A stretch of DNA of 60,779 nucleotides, filler included. It is 5 parts of 5 records of this genome, joined end to end, with 100 filler letters (N's around TTAATTAATTAA, not from the genome) between each part and the next. Parts side by side here need not be neighbours in the genome. Positions count along the whole stretch, not along the records: positions 10,509 to 30,939 come from SRR31156797_2527; 4 more parts are not named here. One strand, written 5' to 3'. This document shows, piece after piece, positions 10,509-20,722 of this stretch. The translations under genes were made by a program, and so were the position numbers. The notes beneath the pieces were generated by a model that was not told the origin of the DNA, ran no database searches, and saw only the letters and a list, made by a program, of their open reading frames with translations. How positions within the stretch are numbered: the stretch's first letter is position 1; every line of letters starts with the position of its first letter.

Positions 10509-11322
10509 ACTCGCACTCAACGCTGCGATTGAGGCGGCAAGAGCTGGTGAAGCTGGAAGAGGCTTTGCTGTGGTTGCTGATGAGGTGAGAAAACTTGCTG
10601 AAAAGACTCAGGACTCTACTGAAGACATCAGAAAGATGGTTCAGGAGATGCAAAACAGGGTTAAAATAGCTGACAGTGAGGCTGTAAACGTAACTGAACT
10701 TGTTGCGCAACAAACAGATGTAGATACACAGACAAGCGAAAACTTTACTAATATTCTGGCATCTGTAGAGAATCTCTCCAGTAATATCCTAAGCGTCTCA
10801 AGCGCTGTAGACGAGCAATCAGCAGTGACAACCCAGATAGCATCAAGCGTTGAAACTGTTTCGCAGTCGTCAGGTAAGTCGAAAGATGAGCTTACAGTAT
10901 TAAATGACAACATCCAGTCACTTATCGGGCACATAATGGACACTAGCGGTCTGTTTAGCCAGTATAAGCTGAAGAATCCTACATCGATGTTCTCACTCGC
11001 TAAGCTTCAGCACCTTATATATATTAATAAGGTATATGCTGTTTATCTCGGAACAAGAAGCGAAACTTCTGATATCACTGTAGACCACCACAACTGTGCA
11101 TTCGGTAAGTTTTATTACACTACAGGGATAGAAGCTTTTGGTAATACAGCAGAATTTAAATCACTCGAGCCTATACATAAGGATGTACACAGCACTGCTG
11201 CTGAAATAGTTAGTGCGGTTCATTCTGGTGACAGGGAAACAGCAAAAATCAAATTACACGAACTGTTTGGAATAGCGGAGAATCTTATGATGCATTTAAA
11301 CAAGATCATTGATAACAGGTGA
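10509..11322 (+). CDS. Methyl-accepting chemotaxis protein with C-terminal CZB zinc-binding domain (5' truncated)
   Basis: The frame is open from the contig start: [36 protein letters not shown] ligands: H..., [12 protein letters not shown] and HKDVH. Confidence 0.9.
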
Positions 11323-11425
11323 TACAGCATAATATTTAGTTCACTAAACAGAAATTTAATACTTTATCAGTATATCAATTTAGAATAATTATGGTATAAT
11401 TCACATTATTTTTTAGAGGTGTGTT

Positions 11426-12448
11426 TTGCCCGACATTCTAAATACTTTAAGCACTGACAATAGTATATACTATGCAGTGCTTAACCCGGATGACAACTCT
11501 GTCGAGGATATTAGCGACAACCTCAAAGAGTTAGCTGGCGTTACTGATTACAAAAATAAAATGCTCAGGCAAGTTATGGGGTGCATCACAAAAGAGGAAT
11601 GTGAGCACAGTGCTGTCAAACTTAGCCTAGAAAACAGAGATAAGGTCATACACCTATTCAGGTGCGCCTCTCTCGGGAAAGATTTATTTGTTATCAAATA
11701 TAAAACCTATATTAATAACGAACTACGTCACGCTATGATCTTTACAGACACAGACAACTTTTCCCCTAACACCGAGCTTTTAACCAACCTTGATAAAGTA
11801 ATAAATCACGAGATACGAAATTCACTTAACCTTATGTCTGTAATAAATCAAAATCTTACAGAAGGTCTGAATCTAAATGAGCTGGAAGATTTCGATGAAA
11901 TGCTTTCTCTGTCTAATGAAAATATAAATACTATACAAAAAATTCTGGCGATCTATTTCGATATAAAAGACAGTATGCTCAACGACAATTTAAATAACAA
12001 TGGCTCAATTAGAGTCGATGATATTATAGACGAGCTGATCCGTGACCATGAGGCACTAGTAGTAAAAAGAAAATTACAAATTAGCATCTCTTATTCGGAA
12101 AATAGTTTAACAAACGAAGACTGTAGCCTTAACCTAAATAAAGGGCTTCTGTATCTTCTCTTCTCTAATCTGGTCGATAACGCATTTAAATATTCACCTG
12201 AATCAAGCGTTGTCAACTTCACCTTTCACCAGACAAAAGAATTTATAACCGTGGATATAATAAATGACGGTCAAATTAATGAAGAGATCTCTGAATTCTT
12301 TTTCAGTAAAGATATAAAAGGGGAAAACAGCGGCGGAACAGGCTTTGGAACTTACTGCAGCAAACTGATCACCGGGCTATTCAAAGGTAAGATTAATATG
12401 CGTCAGTCAGATAAAAAAATCATAGTCTCTGTCACTCTCCCTTGTTAA
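11426..12448 (+). CDS. Cytoplasmic sensor histidine kinase
   Basis: H-box INHEIRNSL, N-box NLVDNAFKYS, G-box GGTGFGTY; RBS AGAGGTG before a TTG start. Confidence 0.8.
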   Translation: MPDILNTLSTDNSIYYAVLNPDDNSVEDISDNLKELAGVTDYKNKMLRQVMGCITKEECEHSAVKLSLENRDKVIHLFRCASLGKDLFVIKYKTYINNELRHAMIFTDTDNFSPNTELLTNLDKVINHEIRNSLNLMSVINQNLTEGLNLNELEDFDEMLSLSNENINTIQKILAIYFDIKDSMLNDNLNNNGSIRVDDIIDELIRDHEALVVKRKLQISISYSENSLTNEDCSLNLNKGLLYLLFSNLVDNAFKYSPESSVVNFTFHQTKEFITVDIINDGQINEEISEFFFSKDIKGENSGGTGFGTYCSKLITGLFKGKINMRQSDKKIIVSVTLPC

Positions 12449-12462
12449 GCATCCATAGGTAA

Positions 12463-13830
12463 TCATTTACCCCGGATAGTGTCTGTTTTAAATTTAAAGG
12501 TTGCTCTAACACCATCAGAGCCATCAAGAGTGTAAACACACTTCATCTTGTCAGCCATACTATCTATTATCATAAGCCCGAAGCCACCCCTACCGTCAAG
12601 TTTACCGAAATCACATCCAACTCCGTTATCTTTATATAATAAAACTGCCTCACCGCCAGCAGCAGCGAAATTAATGCTAATCTCAGGCTTACTTATTGTT
12701 TCATCGAAAGCATATTTATAAGAATTAGTCAGCAACTCATTAATTATCAATCCGCAAGATAAAGCCTCGGTTCCCGATAGGGTTTCAGAAACAAGGTTAT
12801 ATGAAATATCAACTTTGCTACCGGTTTCGTATATGTGGGTCATCATGAAGTTCAAAATGACTTTGCTGATATACTCTTTAGAGTCCACACCGGTTATATG
12901 ATTTTGTGACTCAAACATATTATGCATCTCAGACATAGTCAGCAATCTGCCCTGAATATCCAAAAGAGCATCATTATCCTCACTTCCTAAATTAGAATTT
13001 ACATGAATATCTATAATGCTTGCTATAATCTGTAAATTATTCTTAACTCTATGATTAAGTTCCTTAAGAACAACCCCTTTCTCAGCATTTACCTTCTCTT
13101 CAACAGCCATCATTTTTTTCATTCTAAAAAAAGTGTAAAAGAGAAATGCTGTGCCTACTGCCCATATAACAAAACTCATCAAAAACATTGATGTAGCCTT
13201 TACTTCAACAGATTCATAATAGTGCGAGAGTGGAACTTTAACGCTTATCCCGCCACGAATATCTCCAACCTTATAGCCCTGGTGAGCATGACATTTTAAG
13301 CATTGCTCATCTATCATAAATGGTCTCATAAATCGCAAATACTGCTTCCCGCTGATTAAGGTCTTCTCAGTAACCTGCTTCTCCCCTTTGTGAAGCTTCA
13401 TTAGTGCAGCGTATTCCCATTCGTCTGGTTTATTATTCGGATTCAAGAGTTTATCACTTGTAAGATGCCCCTGTATAACATCTTCTCCTGACATCTCAAA
13501 GACTTGCCTAAGCATATATGCCGGATTTACTAACGTAAGTTTCATACCGTCAGTGGTAACAACATCTCTGTTTTTAACATAGTAAAGATACGGATTCGGC
13601 GGGGTAATATCACTAGCTGGAACATATACACCACCACGCTTTGTTACCCAGTCCCGATACAGTTTATCCTTAAGGAAAGTTAGCTCTGCCTCTTTTGTGG
13701 CTATATTGATTATACTTGTATGATAATTGTCGTACTGTATGCAACAGAATGACAGCACCAGAGATGTCCAGAAAAGAAAAAGTGTCATAAAATAATATTT
13801 AAATTTCCTTGTGTTTATAGACATTTGCAA
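12463..13830 (-). CDS. Membrane histidine kinase with Tll0287/DUF3365 c-type-heme sensor and HisKA_2 kinase
   Basis: GGVYVP...NPAYM...NPNNKPDEWE...CLKCH...GDIRGGIS periplasmic domain between two TMs; ELNHRVKNNLQII H-box; NELLTNSYKYAF and DNGVG. Confidence 0.85.
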   Translation of the reverse strand: MQMSINTRKFKYYFMTLFLFWTSLVLSFCCIQYDNYHTSIINIATKEAELTFLKDKLYRDWVTKRGGVYVPASDITPPNPYLYYVKNRDVVTTDGMKLTLVNPAYMLRQVFEMSGEDVIQGHLTSDKLLNPNNKPDEWEYAALMKLHKGEKQVTEKTLISGKQYLRFMRPFMIDEQCLKCHAHQGYKVGDIRGGISVKVPLSHYYESVEVKATSMFLMSFVIWAVGTAFLFYTFFRMKKMMAVEEKVNAEKGVVLKELNHRVKNNLQIIASIIDIHVNSNLGSEDNDALLDIQGRLLTMSEMHNMFESQNHITGVDSKEYISKVILNFMMTHIYETGSKVDISYNLVSETLSGTEALSCGLIINELLTNSYKYAFDETISKPEISINFAAAGGEAVLLYKDNGVGCDFGKLDGRGGFGLMIIDSMADKMKCVYTLDGSDGVRATFKFKTDTIRGK

Positions 13831-13994
13831 ACCTCAAACATATTATACCATGTGTTTACTTATTATAAAATAGCCTCTTAGAATAAAACATTTGTTATAA
13901 AATATTTTGCGCATAAGCCAATAACCATGTTGTTTTTTAAGCATTTGATGTATTGACTGTATTTTGGTATTATGCCAATTCGGCTGGAGGCTTT

Positions 13995-15857
13995 ATGAAC
14001 CTAGTTTCAATCGATAAAATTTCTAAAACAATGGGGGATAAAACCCTATTTAAAAACGTATCATTCGGCATCGACTCAGGTCAAAAGACAGCTCTTATCG
14101 GTGTTAACGGGTGTGGTAAATCAACACTGCTCAAAATTATGGCGGGAATAAAGCAAGCGGACAGCGGGCTTGTATCACGTAATAAAGAGTGCAGAATAAA
14201 CTATCTGCCTCAGCTCCCTGAACACGATCCCAGCATGACCATACTGGACTATATTATGTCTGGTGAATCAGAGCTTGTTAAGCTAATACGCCATTACGAA
14301 GAGCTTTGCGCTTCACCAGAAGATACTGACCTTTATCAGAATGACCTAGATAAAACCATGGAAGAGATGACAAAGCTTGATGCGTGGCAGTACGAGCACG
14401 AGGTAAAATCTATCCTCGGTGAGCTAGGTATCAATGACGTGTCGCTAAGAATGGGCACTCTCTCTGGTGGAATGCTTAAAAAGACTGCACTAGCACAGGC
14501 TTTGATAGATGAGGGGAACCTCCTAATACTAGATGAGCCGACTAACCATCTAGATATTGAAACAGTTGATTGGCTACAGAGTTACCTTTCGAAAACGTCT
14601 AAGTCGATTATCATGGTGACTCACGACAGGTATTTTCTGGACTCAATATGTAATAATATCATTGAGATAGACAGGGGCGGAATATATACATTCGGCGGTA
14701 ACTACTCTTACTATCTTGAAAAAAAATCGGAAATCGAAAACTCAATCCAGCGTGAAGAGGACAGAATTCAGAACATACTCCGAAATGAGCTGAAATGGCT
14801 TAAAGCTGGAGTAAAAGCACGCACTACCAAACAGAAGGCACGTAAAGAGCGTGCCATAGAGATGATGAATCGACCTAAGATTAAGAAAGAGCAGGAACTT
14901 GAGCTTGAGATAGCCGGTAAAAGGCTTGGCAAGCAGATCCTCGAAGTGGAAGAAATATCTAAATCTTACGGCAAAAATGAAGTCATAAAACCTTTTACAT
15001 ATACATTCAAACACAAAGAGAGACTCGGCATAGTCGGTCCAAACGGAGCAGGAAAAAGTACATTCCTTCGCTTGCTTACCTCCGAAGAATCTAGTGATAC
15101 AGGAGAAGTTCGTGCAGGAATCAACACAACCTTCGCAGTTTTCGACCAGCATAGTAAAACGCTACCCCCCGACACAAGGCTCATAGATGTTGTCCGAGAG
15201 GAGAAGGAGACCATTCATCTTCCTAACGGGAAAACAATCAGTGCAGGACAGATGCTGGAGAAATTCCTATTCCCTTCTGTAATGCACCATACGCCAGTGC
15301 ATAAACTTTCCGGTGGTGAAAAACGTAGGCTCCACCTAATTCTGATTCTTATGCAAAACCCTAATTTCCTCATTATGGACGAACCGACAAACAATCTGGA
15401 TATCAAAACTCTCTCTGTACTTGAAGACTTCCTTGATAATTTCCCTGGGTGCCTGCTTGTTGTATCCCACGACAGGTGCTTTATGAACAGGGTAGCAGAT
15501 AACCTCTTAATATTTGACGGCAAAGGAAATATTGAGACCTTCTTCGGAGATTACGACGACTATATAATAGAAAAGCAGGAACGTGAAGCTGCTTCGAAGA
15601 GAGAAGTAAAAGAGAAGGTTCAAACAAAAGAGACCAAGACGAAAAACAAGCTTACCTATAATGAGAAAAAAGAGCTGGAAGCTATAGAACCTGAGATAGA
15701 GGCTCTTGAGGGAGAGAAAACCGAGCTTGAATCTGTGCTTTCAAAAGGCGGTTCAAATTATTCCGAGCTTGCAAAAGCACAGCAGAAAATTGATGAAATC
15801 GAAGAGACAATACTCGAAAAGATGGAAAGATATGAGTTTCTTTTAGAGAAAGAATAA
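13995..15857 (+). CDS. ABC-F family ATPase (Uup-like)
   Basis: Two ABC cassettes (GVNGCGKS, GPNGAGKS, LSGG, DEPTNHLD), no TM, C-terminal KLTYNEKKEL coiled coil; RBS GGAGG before ATG 13995. Confidence 0.9.
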   Translation: MNLVSIDKISKTMGDKTLFKNVSFGIDSGQKTALIGVNGCGKSTLLKIMAGIKQADSGLVSRNKECRINYLPQLPEHDPSMTILDYIMSGESELVKLIRHYEELCASPEDTDLYQNDLDKTMEEMTKLDAWQYEHEVKSILGELGINDVSLRMGTLSGGMLKKTALAQALIDEGNLLILDEPTNHLDIETVDWLQSYLSKTSKSIIMVTHDRYFLDSICNNIIEIDRGGIYTFGGNYSYYLEKKSEIENSIQREEDRIQNILRNELKWLKAGVKARTTKQKARKERAIEMMNRPKIKKEQELELEIAGKRLGKQILEVEEISKSYGKNEVIKPFTYTFKHKERLGIVGPNGAGKSTFLRLLTSEESSDTGEVRAGINTTFAVFDQHSKTLPPDTRLIDVVREEKETIHLPNGKTISAGQMLEKFLFPSVMHHTPVHKLSGGEKRRLHLILILMQNPNFLIMDEPTNNLDIKTLSVLEDFLDNFPGCLLVVSHDRCFMNRVADNLLIFDGKGNIETFFGDYDDYIIEKQEREAASKREVKEKVQTKETKTKNKLTYNEKKELEAIEPEIEALEGEKTELESVLSKGGSNYSELAKAQQKIDEIEETILEKMERYEFLLEKE

Positions 15858-16535
15858 ATGACCTTAGCCAGCTTACTATCAGAAATAAACACTAACATTT
15901 TGAATGATTTAATAAGCTCTGAGCCTATTTATGAGAGCAAGATACTGAAGGCTGTTTTTGGCGACCTGAACATTATCGGTATGCCCGCCGTTGAGCTATA
16001 CAGATACCACTTCGCCCTATTCCATAAGCTTTACACTATGCAGAACGAATATGCTAAAGAAGGTAAATACCTTCACGTGCACTTCATGCGCACAGCTCTT
16101 TACGACTACCCCAAAGGTGGTGAGTGCGCCTATTTCCATGACGATAAAATGAGCTTCTGCTGCCAGCAGATAGCCGACGGAAGCACACATTGCGAGGTTC
16201 ACAGCGAACAGCTTGGAGAATCGGCGGTGGAGTCACTCTCACTTAAATACTTTTATCTCGATACAGAAAATTATGACAAGCTCGACAGTGTAACAGCAGA
16301 GAGCCTACTCTCCGGTGCTTGGGAAATACTAAGCTCTGATAACAGCTTAAGCGATGCATACGTCACACTTGGACTCCACGGACACGAGAACTCTCAAACA
16401 GTTAAGCTCCGCTTTCGGGAGCTCATAAAAGAGCACCACCCAGATCAGGGGGGCGACCGAGACAGATTTATGGATATAAACCGAGCCTATAGGTTTATAA
16501 TCAAATGGCTCGAAGACTCAACAACTCTCAAATAA
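15858..16535 (+). CDS. DnaJ-related protein with C-terminal J domain
   Basis: LYRYHFALFHKLY and FYLD (DNAJ-related region); AYVTLGL...HHPDQGG J-domain motif. Confidence 0.8.
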   Translation: MTLASLLSEINTNILNDLISSEPIYESKILKAVFGDLNIIGMPAVELYRYHFALFHKLYTMQNEYAKEGKYLHVHFMRTALYDYPKGGECAYFHDDKMSFCCQQIADGSTHCEVHSEQLGESAVESLSLKYFYLDTENYDKLDSVTAESLLSGAWEILSSDNSLSDAYVTLGLHGHENSQTVKLRFRELIKEHHPDQGGDRDRFMDINRAYRFIIKWLEDSTTLK

Positions 16536-16556
16536 AAGCCCGACCTTAGCCGGGCT
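16534..16556 (-). terminator. Intrinsic terminator between convergent genes
   Basis: AGCCCG-loop-CGGGCT stem with an A-run on its left, which reads as a U-tail on the minus strand. Confidence 0.55.
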
Positions 16557-16562
16557 CCATGT

Positions 16563-17294
16563 TTATTTCAAAAGTGTATTAATATATTCTGTAAATCTCG
16601 ACCATGATTTCATGTCGGCTTCTTTGTGGTATCTGTTTGAGCCGAAAACAGTAAATGCGTGTGGTGCGCCGCTATAGGTGTGCATCTCATGCTTAACTCC
16701 AGCCTTTTCAAGAGTGTCAGCCAGCACAGCGAAATCAGCCATACTCACAGCCTTATCAGCCGTTCCGTGGAAGACTACAACCTCCCCGTTAGTCATGGAA
16801 TAATCTTGTCCATCTGGTGTCTTGAGCCCGCCATGAAATGATATAAACGCTTTCATAGGGATGCCCGTCCGAGCAAATTCTAAAGTAACAGCACCACCGA
16901 AACAGTAGCCTATAACAACGGCGTTGCTAACATTAGCTCCGAGTTTTTCCGCATATGCGACACCCCCCGTGAGCAGTGCACGCATCTTTGCCCTATCTTT
17001 ATAAAGCATACCAGTGAGCTTCTTTTTATCCGCTGTCTCAGTTGGGCGAACACCCTTACCATACATATCTATGGCGAAAGCGGAATACCCTAGCTCATTT
17101 AGCATCTTAACTCTTTTAACTTCATAATCTGTCAGACCGTCCCAATCGTGCACTATAAACACCAGTGGAGCAGACTTCGATACAGGTGAATAGTACCCCT
17201 CATAGTCCACACCGCTAAGGTTGTAAGTTACAGATTTTGCATAAACTGCCGGAACCATCATCATAACCGCTAAAAACGTAAGGAGATATCTCAT
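16563..17294 (-). CDS. Secreted dienelactone hydrolase family protein
   Basis: VHDWDG, GYCFGG, HGTAD and HAFT motifs; signal peptide; RBS AGAGGTG supports the ATG at 17294. Confidence 0.88.
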   Translation of the reverse strand: MRYLLTFLAVMMMVPAVYAKSVTYNLSGVDYEGYYSPVSKSAPLVFIVHDWDGLTDYEVKRVKMLNELGYSAFAIDMYGKGVRPTETADKKKLTGMLYKDRAKMRALLTGGVAYAEKLGANVSNAVVIGYCFGGAVTLEFARTGIPMKAFISFHGGLKTPDGQDYSMTNGEVVVFHGTADKAVSMADFAVLADTLEKAGVKHEMHTYSGAPHAFTVFGSNRYHKEADMKSWSRFTEYINTLLK

Positions 17295-17383
17295 ACAGCA
17301 CCTCTTAATCAAACAATATCAGTATTATTATAATTAATTATGCCATTGAAATATTCAATGATTATATTTGAAAGATATTCAAT

Positions 17384-17857
17384 TTATTGTGTAACGATCT
17401 CTCTCCCTCTTGATGTGAAAGAAATTCCGTGCTGGCCTTGTGTTCCGATCATTATTGATTCAACGATAGGAGGGTTAATCAGCTTGTCAGAATTCCATTT
17501 GATGAGGAAGTTCGCACCTGAGCCTCCGCTTCTGTCCTTTTGAGGGATAACAAAACGTATCGACTCAAACGCTTTAACAGAAACAGGCTTCTCTATTAAG
17601 CTCTTCTGAAGCTTCCCCTCTGATTCGTAATAACCTATTTCAGAAACTTCGAAGCTGTTAGACGGATCAATATTCCTTATGCTTAATGTCACCGTGAGGA
17701 GATATGGTCTCTCTTTGTTTCCAAAATATATATGTGAGTAAGCAGGAACATAAAGCACCTGACCTTTTGATAAATCAGCTTTCGGGTCGGCTGCATATGA
17801 TGTAAAAGCTGAAAAAATAAAAATAATAGAAAAAATAATACCCTTTAGTTTATTCAT
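17384..17857 (-). CDS. DUF3124 domain protein
   Basis: LYVPAYSHIY, LTVTLSIRNID, GGSGANF and ISFTSRG motifs; signal peptide. Confidence 0.85.
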   Translation of the reverse strand: MNKLKGIIFSIIFIFSAFTSYAADPKADLSKGQVLYVPAYSHIYFGNKERPYLLTVTLSIRNIDPSNSFEVSEIGYYESEGKLQKSLIEKPVSVKAFESIRFVIPQKDRSGGSGANFLIKWNSDKLINPPIVESIMIGTQGQHGISFTSRGREIVTQ

Positions 17858-18095
17858 GTGCTGGCTCCTTTAAAACTAAAATCTAATTTGTGTGTATTAG
17901 CTCAACCGCTGTCAATTCAACCGATAGAAAAGTAAATTGACCACTCTAGCAATATAGTCATATGTAGTAGGATTATCAACCAAAACACAGGTTTATAATA
18001 AAATTAATTTTTGTTTTAAAACGTATTAATTTTTTGTTGAATTTTTCACTAAAAGGTCAATAATAGAAATACGAATACTTATTAGGAGTTAGAAA

Positions 18096-18269
18096 ATGAA
18101 TAAAAAGAATGAAACAGCTTGCTGTTCAATGGACAAAGGCGAGGTATTTCCCGGAGCTGTACTGAATCAAAAATTCTCAAGCGAACTTCAAGCGCAGAAA
18201 GAGATGAAGGCTAAGCAAATCAGAGCTTGCCACAAAGAGATGCTGGATAATTATAACTGCTCACATTAA
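18096..18269 (+). CDS. Small hypothetical ORF (57 aa), possibly a decayed gene
   Basis: RBS AGGAG at 18084-18088. Translation: MNKKNETACCSMDKGEVFPGAVLNQKFSSELQAQKEMKAKQIRACHKEMLDNYNCSH. A terminator follows. Confidence 0.45.
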   Translation: MNKKNETACCSMDKGEVFPGAVLNQKFSSELQAQKEMKAKQIRACHKEMLDNYNCSH

Positions 18270-18335
18270 TATGGAAATTAGCGGAGATGGCTTTTACTAA
18301 GCTCTATCCACTGAATTTTATTTACTAAATCAAAT

Positions 18336-18365
18336 GCCGCTTTCGCTCAGGAGGCGGCTTTTTTT
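18336..18365 (+). terminator. Intrinsic terminator
   Basis: GCCGC...GCGGC stem followed by a T7 run. Confidence 0.65.
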
Positions 18366-18391
18366 ACACTACATCATCAAAGCTATAAGCC

Positions 18392-19264
18392 CTAGGAATA
18401 CTCTTTTATCCAGTCCAGAAATATATTCGCTTTTGCATGACCAGGTAAGGGTGATTTTAAATAGTAATAGCTTCCTGTGTTGAATATTTTTCCTTTATGG
18501 ATGCTCACCAAACTTCCATTATCGAGATACTGTTTAAGAAATAGTACAGGGAGCAAAGCTATCCCAAGCCCATGGATTGCCGCCTGAATAGCCAGTATGG
18601 TATTGTCCAAAGTGATTGGAGTTTCAATAGAATTAATGTTCTTACCCTCACTCCTAAACCATAGAGGCCAAAGATCCTGCCTAGAGTTAATCATAATTAG
18701 AGGGAAGCTACATATATTAGAATTTTCTTCAAAATTGTACTTTTGTATAAAAGATGGGCTACAGACTAACGCCGAATATTCTGTCAGAAAATCCTCACCT
18801 TTCAGACCTGAAAACTGGCTGGGGTCTCTTCTTATATATAGATCAATGTCCCTGTGAACAAAGACCGACTCAGAGCTTGTTGTCACCTGAAGCTCTAGGT
18901 CCGGATTCTGTTTCTGAAAATCATTTATCTTAGGCAGAAGCCAGTGCATAGCAAATGTTAGAGGTGTCTCTATATGAATAGTTTCTTTATTATTATATGT
19001 TTGAATCTCATGAGTCGCCTTGTGCAGTGTATCAAGGGAGAGACCTATTTTTGAAAAAAGGATTTTACCTTCTTTGGTCAATTCAACGTGTTTAGACTTT
19101 CTTTTAAACAGTTTCTTCCCGACATGATCCTCTAAATGTTTAATCTGCCTACTGACAGCACCGGGTGTAACACATAGTTCTTCTGCTGCTTTTTTAAAAC
19201 TGCCGAGTCTTGCTGACACCTCAAAAACGTTTACAGCATTAAGTGGAGTATTGCCTAAGCTCAT
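18392..19264 (-). CDS. LysR-type regulator (GcvA-like), putative PalR
   Basis: FEVSARLGSFKKAAEELCVTPGAVSRQIKHLE helix-turn-helix plus a substrate-binding domain; divergent from the phosphonoalanine operon. Confidence 0.88.
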   Translation of the reverse strand: MSLGNTPLNAVNVFEVSARLGSFKKAAEELCVTPGAVSRQIKHLEDHVGKKLFKRKSKHVELTKEGKILFSKIGLSLDTLHKATHEIQTYNNKETIHIETPLTFAMHWLLPKINDFQKQNPDLELQVTTSSESVFVHRDIDLYIRRDPSQFSGLKGEDFLTEYSALVCSPSFIQKYNFEENSNICSFPLIMINSRQDLWPLWFRSEGKNINSIETPITLDNTILAIQAAIHGLGIALLPVLFLKQYLDNGSLVSIHKGKIFNTGSYYYLKSPLPGHAKANIFLDWIKEYS

Positions 19265-19433
19265 TACACATTCCAAAGTTCAATATATTTTTAAAAGATT
19301 AGCTTATTATTTTGCCATAGGTCAAGTGAATTGAGGTTTTTAATTTTCAGACAATATTTCAGGCGTCTCATCAAATACTATCAACTATACCAAATAAATA
19401 TGTTTACTAGAACCTTATAGTCTCATTATGCTT

Positions 19434-19466
19434 TTGTCACATAATTGTTCTACACTTGTCAAAGAT
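19434..19466 (+). promoter_or_regulatory. Pho-box-like 11-bp tandem repeats
   Basis: TTGTCAC-ATAA, TTGTTCT-ACAC and TTGTCAA-AGAT start at 19434, 19445 and 19456. They resemble the PhoB CTGTCAT-N4 unit. Confidence 0.35.
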
Positions 19467-19641
19467 GTCATGTATTGACTAAATATCAATTTATAACTTT
19501 GATTTTAATCGTTTGTTGTGTTCATCTAAAAATGCTAAACAGTCCCGAAGAGCAAATTAGCAGTGTCAGAAAATTGTTAAATATATCAAACATATGTAAA
19601 ACATCTGACTCTGCTTTCAATATAATAAGCGAGATAAAACT

Positions 19642-20718
19642 ATGTCACATATAAGCTGCAGAAATATTTCTATAAAATACGGCAAAAACACAGTCATCGA
19701 TAAAATGAATCTAGAGATTGAAGATGGTAGCTTTTTCACACTGCTCGGTCCCAGCGGATGCGGGAAAACCACTCTGTTGAGAGCTATCGCCGGATTCATT
19801 AACCCAAGTGCCGGAAGCATTTATTTCGACAGGGACAACATCACGAATGTTCCTGCTCATAAAAGAAATATAGGATTTGTTTTTCAGGGGCACGCCCTAT
19901 TTCCGAATTTAAATGTGTTCGATAATATCGCTTACGGACTGAGAGCAAGAAAGGTACGCGAAAGAGAGATATCCGGCATGGTCTCAGAAGCGGTTGAGAT
20001 GGTTGGTCTAAAAGGCTTTTCCGACAGATTTCCATCCGAGATGAGCGGCGGACAGCAGCAGAGGGTTGCTCTTGCGCGAGCTCTTGTTATTCGCCCATCA
20101 GTTCTTCTTATGGATGAGCCGCTATCGAGCCTCGATACAAAACTAAGATGCCAGATGCGCAACGTCATAGCAGATATTCAAAAAGAGATAGGCATAACAA
20201 CTGTTTTTGTTACCCATGACCAGGAGGAGGCGCTGGATCTTGCTACAAATATTGCTGTTCTCAAAGATGGTGCAATCGAACAGGTAGGTTCTCCCTATAA
20301 AATCTATACAGAGCCTGAGACGGCATTTGTTGCTGACTTTATAGGTTCTGCTAACCTCATAAAGGTTGATGATGTCCGCGGCATTAAGCCTGGACTTGCA
20401 ACATGTAAACTGAATAACGGTAAATATATAAAAGCAAGTATTGATGCTGATTCAAAGCTGAACGGTTCCGGCGCTTTTCTGGTCGCCCGTCCGGAAGAGC
20501 TTTCCATCAGAAATGAAAATACTGAATCAGGCAACTGCATAAAAGGAACCCTCGTAAGGACGCAGTACCTGGGATATAAAACAACCAGCACTGTCAGAGT
20601 GCATAACGAGCTGGATATAATAGTAGACGAGATAAACTCAGACATAATACATAAGAGCGAAAACGGAACTGATGTGTATGTGCACATACCAGAAACCAGC
20701 CGACTGGTAAGGGGCTGA
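19642..20718 (+). CDS. ABC importer ATP-binding subunit (PotA/FbpC/PhnT type), putative phosphonoalanine uptake
   Basis: GPSGCGKT, MSGGQQQR, DEPLSSLD, VTHDQEEA and a C-terminal TOBE-like region. Confidence 0.9.
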   Translation: MSHISCRNISIKYGKNTVIDKMNLEIEDGSFFTLLGPSGCGKTTLLRAIAGFINPSAGSIYFDRDNITNVPAHKRNIGFVFQGHALFPNLNVFDNIAYGLRARKVREREISGMVSEAVEMVGLKGFSDRFPSEMSGGQQQRVALARALVIRPSVLLMDEPLSSLDTKLRCQMRNVIADIQKEIGITTVFVTHDQEEALDLATNIAVLKDGAIEQVGSPYKIYTEPETAFVADFIGSANLIKVDDVRGIKPGLATCKLNNGKYIKASIDADSKLNGSGAFLVARPEELSIRNENTESGNCIKGTLVRTQYLGYKTTSTVRVHNELDIIVDEINSDIIHKSENGTDVYVHIPETSRLVRG

Positions 20719-20722
20719 TACT

